57,154 bases of DNA, taken from contig NW_005202428.1 in NCBI RefSeq assembly GCF_000372725.1, positions 648,679-705,832 of the forward strand, in the 5' to 3' direction. Within the stretch, counting starts at the first letter, position 1. Every line of letters begins with the position of its first letter. Origin of the DNA: Emiliania huxleyi CCMP1516. Taxonomy: Eukaryota. The translations under genes and the position numbers were made by a program. Below the pieces are notes generated by a model, which saw only the letters and a list, made by a program, of their open reading frames with translations, was not told the DNA's origin and searched no databases. Of this stretch, positions 1 to 10,614 are shown in pieces.

Positions 1-91
1 GGCGGTTGCGCTGCCCGCGAGCCGCGTCCTGAGCCTCGGCAGCGCGCTGCGCGGCGCGGCGCTCGCGCTGCTTCTGTGCCGAGAGCGGCAT
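1..91 (-). CDS. Possible 5' start of a gene running off the left edge (MPLSAQKQRERRAAQRAAEAQDAARGQRNR...)
   Basis: ATG at 91 on the minus strand, open to the window edge, with a charged helical sequence. No recognisable domain. Confidence 0.3.
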   Translation of the reverse strand, partial: MPLSAQKQRERRAAQRAAEAQDAARGQRNR

Positions 92-227
92 GATTCGCCA
101 GCTGAAGCTCCAGACTCCTCGGGTCCGCGAGTTGCGCAGGTCACTTTGCGCAGGTTGAGCGGAAATTGGCGTAAGCGTCTGAAAGCAGTCTTGGGTGGTG
201 AGCCTAGTGCGGACGGTTTTTTTGCGG

Positions 228-428
228 TATCTTGATGTATCTCTCCAATATCTGACCGTATCTCCCCGTATCTCCTCACAATTTCCCGTATCTCCCCGTA
301 TCTGCCCGTATCATCTGCCCGGATCTCGTATCTCCTGGTATCTCCCGGTATCTCCCGGTATCTCCCGGTATCCCGCCATATCCCGCCATATCCCGCCATA
401 TCCCGCCATATCCCGCCATATCCCGCCA
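228..428. repeat. Decamer tandem satellite (TATCTCCCGG grading into TATCCCGCCA)
   Basis: 10-bp tandem units are directly visible. Confidence 0.9.
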
Positions 429-1369
429 CGGATACCGCGAAAAAACCCGTCCACACCCCAGGGATTCCTGCAGTGGTACTCCAAGTCCTCCTCCTCGGTG
501 GCGAGTTTTTTTTGTGAGTGTCCTGGCCGTAAGCGCTCTATTCACGGGCGGGAGGGACGGAGTTCCTCGTGAGGCCCCACGGCCTGCCACGCGTGCAACT
601 GCGCATTCCAGTTTGCCGCCCGGACGGCTCGTTGTGGACGTCGACGTGCGCACGTATCATGTGTCCCAGGATACGTGGCACGCGGCGCGGTGCGGCGGCG
701 TCACAAATCCGACCACAGAGCACCGGGACGCGGTCGGGCGATCTAAGGCCCAGTGAGGCGTATGCATTGCCCATCCAGGGCTATCACCTGGACCTATCAA
801 CAGGCGCCTGCGGCGCCGTGCTCAGCCTCAGGAGCTGCTGCTCCAACCTGTTCACATAAACGCACAACCCCGGGCCCGAAATCGGGGGATGCCCCGCGCG
901 CCTGACCCAGGCGCGAAAACGAATCTGCGAGGCGTGGCCGCTCATGCGGCCCGATGGGGAGGAGCGGGGCGGACTACGGGGATCGGCTTCTTACACAGCC
1001 CTTCCCTGCAGCGAGCCCCCCTCCAACCCACCTGCGCTAGATCTCGGGGGGCGCAGGGGTCACACCCGACGACCTCGGGAACTAGCCGGGGCAGTCGGAG
1101 AAGGGGCAACTCCGTGCACTGACTGACGGTCGGCCGTCAGAAAACACGCCTCCGTGGCTCGCGTTACACCAATCCTCGCTACCCAACGCGGCCAAAGGAT
1201 ATCCACCTCTAGAACCTCGAGAAATCGCACAGAACCTGTTCACACTTCCGCACGGCACACAGAACAAGGCCATCCTCGGCCTCCGGAGGGCCCCCGGCCG
1301 CGGCGCAACCTGTTCACAATTGTTCACAATTCTGTTCACAATTCCGCACGGCACAGAAGGCTGAGCGCG

Positions 1370-2911
1370 ATGGACGCGCACGTTTCGCTCCCGCCGCATG
1401 TCGGCCCGGCACACAGGTACTCCAAGGGCACGTGCGGCCCAATCATCCTCCTGCTGCGCCACATGGGCAGCTCGGCCCTCCTGCGCGCACTCCCGTGGGC
1501 GGCGATTGCCGCAGGGTACACAGTGACGCTGCACACCCAGGCGAGTCGCCCGACGTGTGCCTCCGCCGCGCCAGACCATGACTGTCGCAGCCAACAACAC
1601 TGCGCATTTGCCCGCAGGTCGCCTGCAACTCGTGGCCTTCGTTTTGCGGAAACGGGCACCCGGAGTGGACTGCCGACACAGCGGAGTTCCTCTTCGTCCA
1701 CACCTATTCATACCACGCCATCCTGCTCGCCTCGGGCTTCGGCCTCGTCTTTCGGCTCAATCAGTCGCTCGGTCGCTACTGGGAGTCTCGCTCCGCTGCG
1801 CAGAACATGGCCGCAAAGTGGTGCGATGTCCTCTCGATGGCGCTCGCCTTTGACGAGCTACCCGACGCGACCGGCTGCCAGGAGCGCGAGTGCGCGCCGT
1901 TCGCGCGCTGCGTGACGCACCTCTGCTCGCTACTGCACGCCGTCGCGCTGCACACGCTGCGCGGCGACCTCACCCTCGGCACTCTTTCCCCGTATGCCGC
2001 GCCGCTCAGCCCGCAGCGCCGCGGCGTCCGCGCCCTGTTTTGCGGCGGCCGCGACGCGCTTCGCCGCGAGAGAGCCGCCGCCGCCTTCTCCGCCCGCAAT
2101 CCGATCGCCGTGCTCGGAGGCGTGACCGCCGCCGAGCGCGCGCGGCTCGCCGCCTCGGCGGAGCGGGTGCACGTGGTGATTGGCTGGCTGACGAGGCTGC
2201 TCGTCCGCCGGCGAAAGAGCGGCGGCCTCTCCGAGGCGGAGGCGGCCTTTCCGAGAAGCGTCCACAGGGACGTGCCGTCGGCAAGTCCTTGTAGGCGGCC
2301 TCTCCGAGGCGGAGCCGCCCGTGGTGTCGCGCATCTACCAGGTCCTCTCGGATGGCACCTTTTGGTACCTCTCGGCGCTCAAGGTTGCCGACACGCCCTT
2401 CCCCATCCTCGTCGCGCAGCTCAACGCGGCGAGCTGCCGCAATCCCCCTCCCCCCACCCCGCGCCGGCGGGGGCAGTTCCACGACATGTCCGCGGCATGT
2501 ACCCCGTAGGCGACCTGCTACGTCAACCTCGCGCTGCTGCCGGTGATCGTCGCTGACAAGGTCGCCTCCGTCGCCCTCGGCGCCGTCATCTCCTTCTTCG
2601 GCGTCGGCTTCCTCTTCAGCCTCAACGAGGTTGCGAGAGAGCTCGAGGACCCGTTCTCCTCCGAGCTCGGCGTGTGGATGGGGATCAACCGGCTGCACGT
2701 GCCGCTCATGCAGCGCCACTTCGACGAGCGCTGCCTCGCCCTCGGCGCCTGCGGTGTGGGCGAGCTCACCGACCTCCTCCTCGCAGACGCCGACGCCGAG
2801 GGCGAGGAGCAGCTGTACGCAGATTTCCTCGCCGACGCGATCGGGCCGAGCGAGGAGGGCAGAGCTGCCAGAAAGGCGGCGCCGCGGGAGGGCGGCAGCG
2901 CGCCCGTGTGA
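1370..2911 (+). CDS. Bestrophin / UPF0187 (RFP-TM) anion channel family protein, multi-exon
   Basis: The spliced frame gives GFGLVFRLNQSLGRYWESRS, DTPFP and LNEVARELEDPF, all bestrophin-type motifs. GC-AG intron at ~1541-1617, with further introns near 2230-2295 and 2430-2509. Confidence 0.85.
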
Positions 2912-3589
2912 GGAGTGCGTCGAGGAGTGCGTCGGGTGAGGCTAGCTGCAAGGGATGAGGCGTGTGTGGACTGTGATCTCTGGTGTGCGCGCCGTCCACT
3001 TAGTTGTCAGTCTCCCGGTGTGGGGCTCTTTTGGCCCACTTTATTTGTATAAAGGCCGTGGTGTTAGATGTGAAGCGTATGTATGCTGTATCACCTCGCT
3101 CGCACGTCGCCTCCGCCCTCCGCGCTCCGGCTCCGCGCAGTCTCTAACGCGCTCTAATACACAAGGGGTAAGCATTTTAAGGTACAAGTATAAGCTCCAG
3201 GGTGCAGTAGGCTACGTTGGCCCTCAGCCCGGGCCTACACAGTCATCTCCTCCGCTGCCAAATCTCCGTCGGGCCCTCCGCCTCCACCGGCGACCCAGGA
3301 CATAAGCTTGAGCTTTTGGCGGCCGCGCTGCAGCCGTCTGATACCAGCCCCGGGCCCCGAGACACCGCGGCCTTCAATGCACACCACCTCAGAGTCCGCG
3401 CCTACAGAAACAGATTGACGGGCTCTGGCACACCCAAATTTCCACACCCACCGAGGCGCATCCCGCGCCTTGTCGTCGGGTGAGCACGATGATTTCGTCG
3501 CACGGGGACCAACGCAGCGGCTTCGCCTTGTCGGGTGGGTTCAGCACCGTCGAAAAGGACGAAAACTTCACCCCGAATCGATAGACAGG

Positions 3590-4480
3590 GTCCGGGTTTC
3601 CGGGGGCGGCGGTTGCGGCGGGGGCGGGGGCGGCAGGGATGGTATCTCTGCTTGCTTGCGGCTCGACTGCGCGTCGCCAGCCCAGCAGCAGCCCAAGCCC
3701 TAGGGCAGGGGCGGAGGGCGAGGGCGGAGCGGAGGGTGGGATGGGCGCCAAGCGGGAGGGAGCGAACGGAGTGGAATGCACAGATGGGGGATGGTGAAGG
3801 CGGAGGGGCAGAAAGGGGGGAGGGCGGCGGGAGGGCGGAATGTCGGGATGGGTGGGCGGCGGGTGGTTCGGTAGGGCGGGGGGAGGGTGAGGGGTGGAGG
3901 TGGAGAACGGTGGGGGCGAGGGGCGGCGAAGGAGAGGGTGGTGGCAAAGGGGTGAGCGAAGGAGAGGGTGGTGGCAAAGGGGTGGGCGAGGTGGAGGGCG
4001 GGGGGGCGGCATGGGAGAGGTGGAGGGCGGAGGAGGCGTGGGCGAGATGGAAGGCGGCGGAGGCGTGAGCGGCGGCGGCGGCGGTGGGAAGAAGGTGGAG
4101 GGTAGCGGCGGCGTGGGCGAGGTGGAGGGCGGCGGCGGCGTGAGCAGCGGTGGCGGCGGTGTGGAGGGGGTGGAGGGCGGCGGCGGCGTGGGCGGTACGG
4201 CGGCACGGCGGTAACGGACGGCAGGGGGGGCGGCGGGCTAAACGGCAAGGGCGGCGCGGCACGGGGAGGAAGGAGCGGCACGGCAGGGAGGAGCAAGGAC
4301 GGCGCGGTAACGGCAGGATCACGGATAGGCGTGGCACGGATAGGAGCGAGCGAGCGGCTAGGTGGCGGGAGGGCGAGGCGAGGGTGGCGGCGGGTGGATC
4401 ACGAGGAGGTAGAAGGTCTGGCGCGAGCGGCGGAGCGAACGGCGAGCGAGCGGCTAGGCGGCGGGGGGCGAGGGTGGCGG
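3590..4480. repeat. G-rich low-complexity/minisatellite tract (GGCGAGGTGGAGGGCGGCGG-type units)
   Basis: Degenerate tandem G/A-rich units. The ORFs across it are low-complexity only. Confidence 0.6.
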
Positions 4481-4628
4481 CGAAGATTTTTGAGCTATCT
4501 TTGATGGTAGGAGACACCCCAAGCACATGGCACATCGCTCTCGGGAAGACATCCCGCACACCAGCCAAAAGTCAACCCTGCAGCCACGCGCCGAGCAAGA
4601 CACGCGGCCGAGACGTCACCACTCACAC

Positions 4629-5387
4629 ATGGGCGACCTCCCTCACACATCTGCTCTGTGGAGTGGCGTCGGTGCGGGAGAGAGCGCCGAGAGCCGAACC
4701 AGAGCCAGCGAAGCAGTCGCGTGCGCTCAGTCACTGCGGACCATACTCACAAACGTCCTGGAGCAGCCATCAAAGCTGGAGTACCGAAGGCTGAGAGCGA
4801 CAGGCGGTGCTTTCGAGCGTCGTGTCGGCCGGTGCACGGGCGGCCTGGCGGTGCTCCGCGCCGCCGGCTTTGAGCAACAGGAGCTGGCCGGGGCCAGCTG
4901 GTGGACGCTGCGAGAGGTGCGGATCAGCACAGATGTGGAGACGATTTCCCTCCCCTCGCGCGACCTTCCCGGAGCCTGCACTTAGGTGAACGAGCCACTA
5001 CTCTTTGCCATCCGCAGGGAGATCGACCTCGGCCTCGCCGCCGCAGCGCGGCTGCAGCACGAGGCGGCGAGGCGGCGCGCGGCCGGCGAGGCCCCTGACG
5101 CTTGCTCCTCCGCCGCCGCGGGCGACACGCCGTCACCCCTCCCCTCACCCGCGCCGGCCGCGCCTCGCCATCACAGAGCCGCGCCCGCCGAGGTGCGCGC
5201 GCAGTACTCGCTCCAGGTGAAGGCGCGCGCGGCGGTAATGCGGATCGCAGACCGTCAAGCGAGGCAGCAGCAGCAGCAGCTGGGGGACGCTTGGCGCCGC
5301 AAGCTGCTGGCGCCATCGCTGCTACATGTGCTATTGCTTGTACCAGTCTTAGCCGCGTTTTTGTACGCATATGCCCAATCGCCGTAA
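4629..5387 (+). CDS. PUB-domain protein with C-terminal hydrophobic (tail-anchor) segment
   Basis: LRTILTNVLEQPSKLEYRRLRATGGAFERRV...GGLAVLRAAGF fits the PUB (p97/Cdc48-binding) consensus. Intron at ~4917-4985. C-terminal LLHVLLLVPVLAAFLYAYAQSP. Start codon uncertain. Confidence 0.75.
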
Positions 5388-5728
5388 TCGGCGCCCGGGC
5401 GGCAAGCCTGGGGGCGCCGCGCAATTTGATCACACATGTTCTGCAGTTCAACGGTTGTTTTTTATTCGTTCTGCCATAAAGCGAAAGCCACGCCAAGGCG
5501 AGCTGCAAAGGCGCAAGGGCACACATTTGAAAAAGAAAAACGAGACATATGGAACAATTCACCGCTCCCGCCCTCCATGACCTGTTCTCGTCGAGATCAC
5601 AAAAGAGTCGTGAACACAACGACAACTCATACGTACAGGCCACCAAAGGGGTTCGGCCAGAGTTTTGTCGTGTGCGGAGCTTTCTGGGGCTGCGGTCAAG
5701 CCACTCGCCCCCCCTCGCGCGGCGTCAC

Positions 5729-7660
5729 TCACGTGGCGCTGCCGCCGCCCGTGAAGCGCGTGATCTCTGGCGGGCCGGTCGAGTAGCGCCACTGTCCGCA
5801 CGCGACGCAGTGCGACTCGGCCTTTTCGTTGCGAAGCGTGCACGTCTTGCAAGCCCAGCCGTCGAGCGCCGCGCCCGCAGCTGGCAAGGCGCGATCCACA
5901 GGCCGGCGCGGGGCCGTGCCACCTTGCCCCGAGGCCTGCGGCCGGGGCGCGTCGCACATGTCGCAAGTGCCGCCTATATCCCAACGGAGAGGCGGCAGGG
6001 TGGGAGGCGGGGGAGGCGGGGGCGGGCGGTGGGGGGGGGGGGGGGGGCTAAAACTTTCGGCCCCCCTGCTTTATACAAACTGGCTCGTCCGAATCCCCCT
6101 AGTTCTTCCAATGATTCCTCTGCTTCCGTCGTCCCCGTTTTTGATGCCGCCCCCTTTTCTTCGCCTTTTTTTAGAAGTCCTTCCTAAAGCTCTCTCCGTT
6201 GCTTTTCTATAATTTTTCACTAACCTATAGTTTATCATTTTTTTCACTTCTCNNNNNNNNNNNNNNNNNNNNNNNNNNNNNNNNNNNNNNNNNNNNNNNN
6301 NNNNNNNNNNNNNNNNNNNNNNNNNNNNNNNNNNNNNNNNNNNNNNNNNNNNCAGGTCGATCACTGCGTTCGACGAGCCTCCCCCGCCTCCTCCTCCGCC
6401 GCCTCCTCCGCCGCCGCCACCGACGCTGCCGCCACCGACGCTGCCGCCACCGCTGCCGCTGCCGCTACCGCTGCCGCTGCCGCCGCCACCGACGCCGTCC
6501 TCGCCGCCGCCGCTCCCGCCGGCCTCGTCGCGGTCTTGCGGCGGCGGGTCGGCCGGCCCGTGCCTCGCCGCACTGCAGACGGAGCCGCACACAGGGCACG
6601 CGACCCTCTGCCAGCTGCCTTGCCCACGCGAGCCCCAGCGGACGGCCGGCGAGACGAGCGGCGCACTGCTGCCCCCGCTCGCCTCGCCGCTGCTCCCCGC
6701 GGCGCCGCCCGCCTCGCCGCCCGCCGCCTGCGCCTCCCTCGCCGCCGCCAGCTCCAGCTCCTCGAGCCCGTTCGCCACGTCCCACGCGCGCGCGCGCTCC
6801 TCCGCCGCCCGCGCAGCCATCAAGCCCGGCGCCGCGTCCCGCCATGAAGACGACGACCCGCCGCCGCCGACGGCCCCGCCGCCTCCTCCTCCGCCTCCTC
6901 CTCCGCCACCTCCTCCTCCTCCGCCGCCTCCGCCGCCGCCGCCGCCGCCGCCGCCGCCTCCGCCTCCGACTCCGACTCCTCCTCCGCCGAGCCTGCCCCC
7001 TCCGCCCAGAATCGCGCCAGTCCGCGCGCGCGCCTCGGCCGCCCCGAGGGCGGCGAGTCGCGCCTCGCGCAGGGACGGGTTGTGGCGAGAGGCGTCCGCC
7101 TTTCGCCCTCCGGTGAGCGGCATGCCCGCCTCGTCCAGGACCTGCCCCTTCTGGAGGTACGTCTCGTACTGCCTCGTCAGCTCGGCCATCAGCGTGTAAA
7201 ACGCGGCCGAGTGGTTGCCGTGCACGATGTGCGACACCTCGTGGATGAGCACCTTCATCGCGTGATCGAGGTCGCGCAGGCTGTGCGCGCCCCACTCATC
7301 CGCCTGCGGCCCGTGTCCGGGCGTGCGGAGCCGGATCGCAATCCGCAGCGAGGTGACGCCGTCGCCGGCGGGGCAGCAGAAGCCGCCCACGCCGAGGTTC
7401 TTCCCGCCCGCGGTGCAACAGCAGATCTCGTACAGCTTGAGCACGCGCCAGCGACGTGCCTGCGAGGCGGTCGCGGCGCGGTCGCGAGCGCTGGCAAACG
7501 CACTGCGGACGGAGCAGCGCGGCTGCGGGAAGCGGCGGGCCTGTAGCAGCGGCCTGATGTGGCGCGCACAGTCCTCGAGGATGGCACGCGCCTTGTCCGC
7601 GTCGGGAAGCTTCTTGATGTGGTCGATGGAGTGGACGCGGAAGTTGTCAGGGTCGGCCAT
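5729..7660 (-). CDS. WLM-domain (Wss1-like) metalloprotease with SIM and C-terminal RanBP2-type zinc finger
   Basis: IAIRLRTP and VLIHEVSHIVHGNHSAAFY (HExxH), an AVIDL SIM-like motif, and WACKTCTLRNEKAESHCVAC. GC-AG intron at ~7460-7540. Interrupted by the gap at 6253-6352. Confidence 0.85.
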
Positions 7661-7710
7661 CGCCAAAGTAAAAAACACGTCGGCGATTCGTCGACCAAGG
7701 AGAGCCGGCC

Positions 7711-7789
7711 TTTAAAATCCCTGTGTGGTGGCGGCGTGCCGTCCTCCCATCCCTCCCTTGGGTTGTCGGTTTTCTTTCTTTCTTTCTTT
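7711..7789 (+). mobile_element. ~79-bp SINE-like insertion with (TTTC)n end and 13-bp flanking direct repeat
   Basis: AGGAGAGCCGGCC at 7698-7710 and 7790-7802. A second, inverted copy lies at ~23568-23643. Confidence 0.7.
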
Positions 7790-8151
7790 AGGAGAGCCGG
7801 CCCGACCCCCCGGGGGGGGGGGGGGGGGCGACACGCCCCCTTGCCGCCGGTTAAGGGGTTCCTCCCCCCCCCCCCCCCCCCGCAAGGCGCGCGATACACA
7901 CACTGTGCGACCATGGGTGTGAGGTAAAACCACGCTACCACGGCATCGGCCCCGACCCCCGAGGTCAGATTCTTCTTTCTACTCTGTCTGTTGATGACAA
8001 CACTTGTCTACACGCTGGATGGAGCCGAGCAGGAGGGGCTGGCGCCGCAAGCCCGCACAACCCCCAGGGCGCAACTGAGGCGCCGGTGAGGGTCCTTCCC
8101 CTGGTTTGCCTTTACCAAAAAAGAGGGCGTTGACCGTTTTATGTTATATTA

Positions 8152-8554
8152 GGGGGCCCACAGTGTGGGATTTCGCGCAATCGCTTGACTCTGAAAAAGC
8201 TCGCATATCCCTGCGGTGAGCGCTGTGGTCGCCGCAGACTGGCTCTGACTTGACGGCAGCATGGAGACGTGATGCCTCCATGCTGCCGTCAAGTCGAAAT
8301 CGACATGCGAGTCGATCTTTGGCCCTACCCGACGGTGGCACTCTTCCACGTCTCGCTCACGCTGAGAAAAATTCTGAAACTGCGTGCAGCAGAGTCGCCG
8401 ACGAGTCGGTCCGCGTGCCTCCTTGTCACGTGTCGCGCATTCGTTCTCACCCATCCATAAACTCACTTTGGCCTCACTAAAGCGAAGTCTGAATCCGTAA
8501 TCCTCATATTGTAGATTAGGTATACGTATAGGACGCTGATCGCTGTGGGCCCTC
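8152..8554. mobile_element. Putative MITE with imperfect 14-bp terminal inverted repeats and internal hairpin
   Basis: GGGGGCCCACAGTG ... CGCTGTGGGCCCTC match at 12/14. Flanks are TTA and ATA. A perfect 20-bp inverted repeat lies at 8247-8266/8276-8295. Confidence 0.45.
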
Positions 8555-8631
8555 ATAGTTCCTTAAGTTGTATGTTAAAAAGCGTGGGCCCAAACTTATA
8601 GAGCCGTACGTCAGCTCATTTTGGCATCTGC

Positions 8632-9850
8632 TCACGCAGCGCATGTGGCGCCCGTATCGGTTGGGGGAGAGGGTGTACGGGGCCACACGCTGCGCAGCCT
8701 CACCAAGTCCTGGTTGGGGGAGAGGGCGTACGGGGCGCACGAACGGTTGTGCCGCTGCCTCACCCAGCCCTGCATCGCCCTGACCTGCCGCGCGCCCAGC
8801 CCGCCAAGGCGGTAGTGCGTGTACAATGCGCCGCGAGATCCGCAGTGCGACGCGAGCTGCGATGGAACGAGCGCCTGCCCGCCGGCGGCCAGCGCGCAGT
8901 GCGGCTCGTAGCAGCGGTCGTAGCCCCACCCGATGGCGTGGCGCGCTTCGTGCAGCACCTGTGGTAAGCCAGTAATCAATTAGTAATGCGTCGTGCTCTG
9001 CACCTGAGGCGAGAGACACCTGAGCCGTGGCCACTGTAACTCGCCCGTCCCCCGGCGGCGATCCCTCGGGAGTCGGGTCTCTGGTTGGCGTCTCACTCCT
9101 GTGGCGCCAAGTCCACACCTCGAGTGTCGCTGCTCGGCTCTGTTCGGCTCCACCTCGGCTCTATCTCGCGTCGGCTCCACATCTCGGCTCCATCTCGTCG
9201 GCTCCATCTCGGCTCACCGCGTCGTCCATCAGGCTTGTCATGCACCCCCACGCGGCGCGCGAGTAGAGCGTGGCGTACTGCTCCAGCGCCGTGAGCCTCA
9301 CGACCCGCTCGGCCGAGTGCGGCCAGCCGCGGGGGGCGTACTTGCCCTGCATCAGGTCGTACGTCGCGTGACCGACGCGCGGCGAGAGCACGCCGAGGCG
9401 GTGTGTCCTGCTCAGGTGGATCAGCTCGGTCGCGTTGAAGGAGTCGCCGAGCTTGACGTCGTCGAGGAGGAGCGCAACGTGCTCGTATCCGCGCCGCGCG
9501 ATAGCTCCGCGTGTCAGGTTGACCAGGCTGCCCCACTTCATGCCCTCGCGCAGCACAATCACGCACCGCGAGCGCAGGAAAGCGGCGCCGTCATCACCAG
9601 GTGCGTCCGCGACATCAACGTTCGACAGCACGCGCGAGTGCCACGCGACGGCGACGCAGTCCCAACCGTCGAAGTGCTTACGCAGGTCGCCGGCGAGGAC
9701 AGAGAAGTTGGTGCGTTTGCTCAACGCAGCGACAAGCACGACGGCTGGCGACGGCGTGCTGCCCCCACGCTGGGCGAAGGCTTCGTCGATTTCCGGAAGC
9801 TGGTTGAGGAGCCATGGCGGAGGCGGTGGCGATGGCAAAGAAGACTGCAT
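8632..9850 (-). CDS. DUF707-like (putative glycosyltransferase) protein, two exons
   Basis: YEHVALLLDDV, LGVLSPRV, LEQYATLYSRAAWGC and GWGYD parallel the DUF707 motif order. The intron at ~8960-9217 contains a GGCTCCATCT satellite. Confidence 0.55.
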
Positions 9851-9892
9851 GCTGACGGCGTCTCCCTTTGTTTTGAGAATTCGCTGAGGATG

Positions 9893-9895
<3 letters not shown>

Positions 9896-9985
<90 letters not shown>
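9896..9985. repeat. (GA)n microsatellite
   Basis: Directly visible. Confidence 0.98.
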
Positions 9986-9988
<3 letters not shown>

Positions 9989-10061
9989 GATGAGAGCTCC
10001 GGGAAAAAGAAAGAAACAAAAAAGAAACAAAGAAAGAATTTTGCAAGAAAGCTCTGAGCCC

Positions 10062-10260
10062 TGGCTGTCAGGCTGTCAGGTGCTGTCAGGTGATCTGTCG
10101 GGCTGTCGGGCACTGTCAGGCACTGTCAGGTGCCTCTGTCAGACCAGCTCCTGTCAGGTGCTGTCAGTGCTGTCGGGTGCTGTCGGGTGCTTGTCTGACA
10201 GGCGAGGTGCTCTGGTGCTGTCGGTGCTGTCTGAGCTGTCGGGTGTTGCTGTCTGCTGTG
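10062..10260. repeat. Degenerate CTGTCAGGTG-type decamer satellite
   Basis: Repeated CTGTCAGG/CTGTCGGG cores at ~10-bp spacing. Confidence 0.85.
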
Positions 10261-10374
10261 AGAGAGATTCGTTTTGTTCAAATTCTTTTCCTCGCGATTA
10301 CGCGCGAAAATTCTTTTTCGAAATGCGGCCTCAGCGGCTTTTTGGTCCATTACGCCTTTGGCTGAGCGGAGTTT

Positions 10375-10520
10375 GCCTTCGATGTTAGGAAACAAAGCGA
10401 GGGGCACATGGCCCTTCGATGTTATGAAACAAACGCAAGGCGGACATGGCATATCGCTCTCGGGCCCACAGACATCCCGCACACTCGCCGCACACCCGCC
10501 GCCCCCGCGCGCGCCCCGCC
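10375..10520 (+). repeat. Dispersed ~100-bp repeat family (other copies at 27971-28065 inverted, and partial at 4524-4562)
   Basis: Shared CCTTCGATGTTATGAAACAAA...ATCGCTCTCGGG...AGACATCCCGCACAC...GCCCCCGCGCGCGC. Confidence 0.8.
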
Positions 10521-10614
10521 CCGGCCGGGAGAAAGGGGAGTGACAGTTTGGGATGGCAACAGAACGAGTATGTTTCCTGGCTCAACTCCGCAGAATTTTT
10601 TTTTAGATGGCGGG

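Noticed and set aside
3062..3161. TGTTAG...CTAATACA segment resembling a solo LTR
   Set aside because: Termini are imperfect, with no second copy, convincing TSD, PBS or retroelement ORF nearby.
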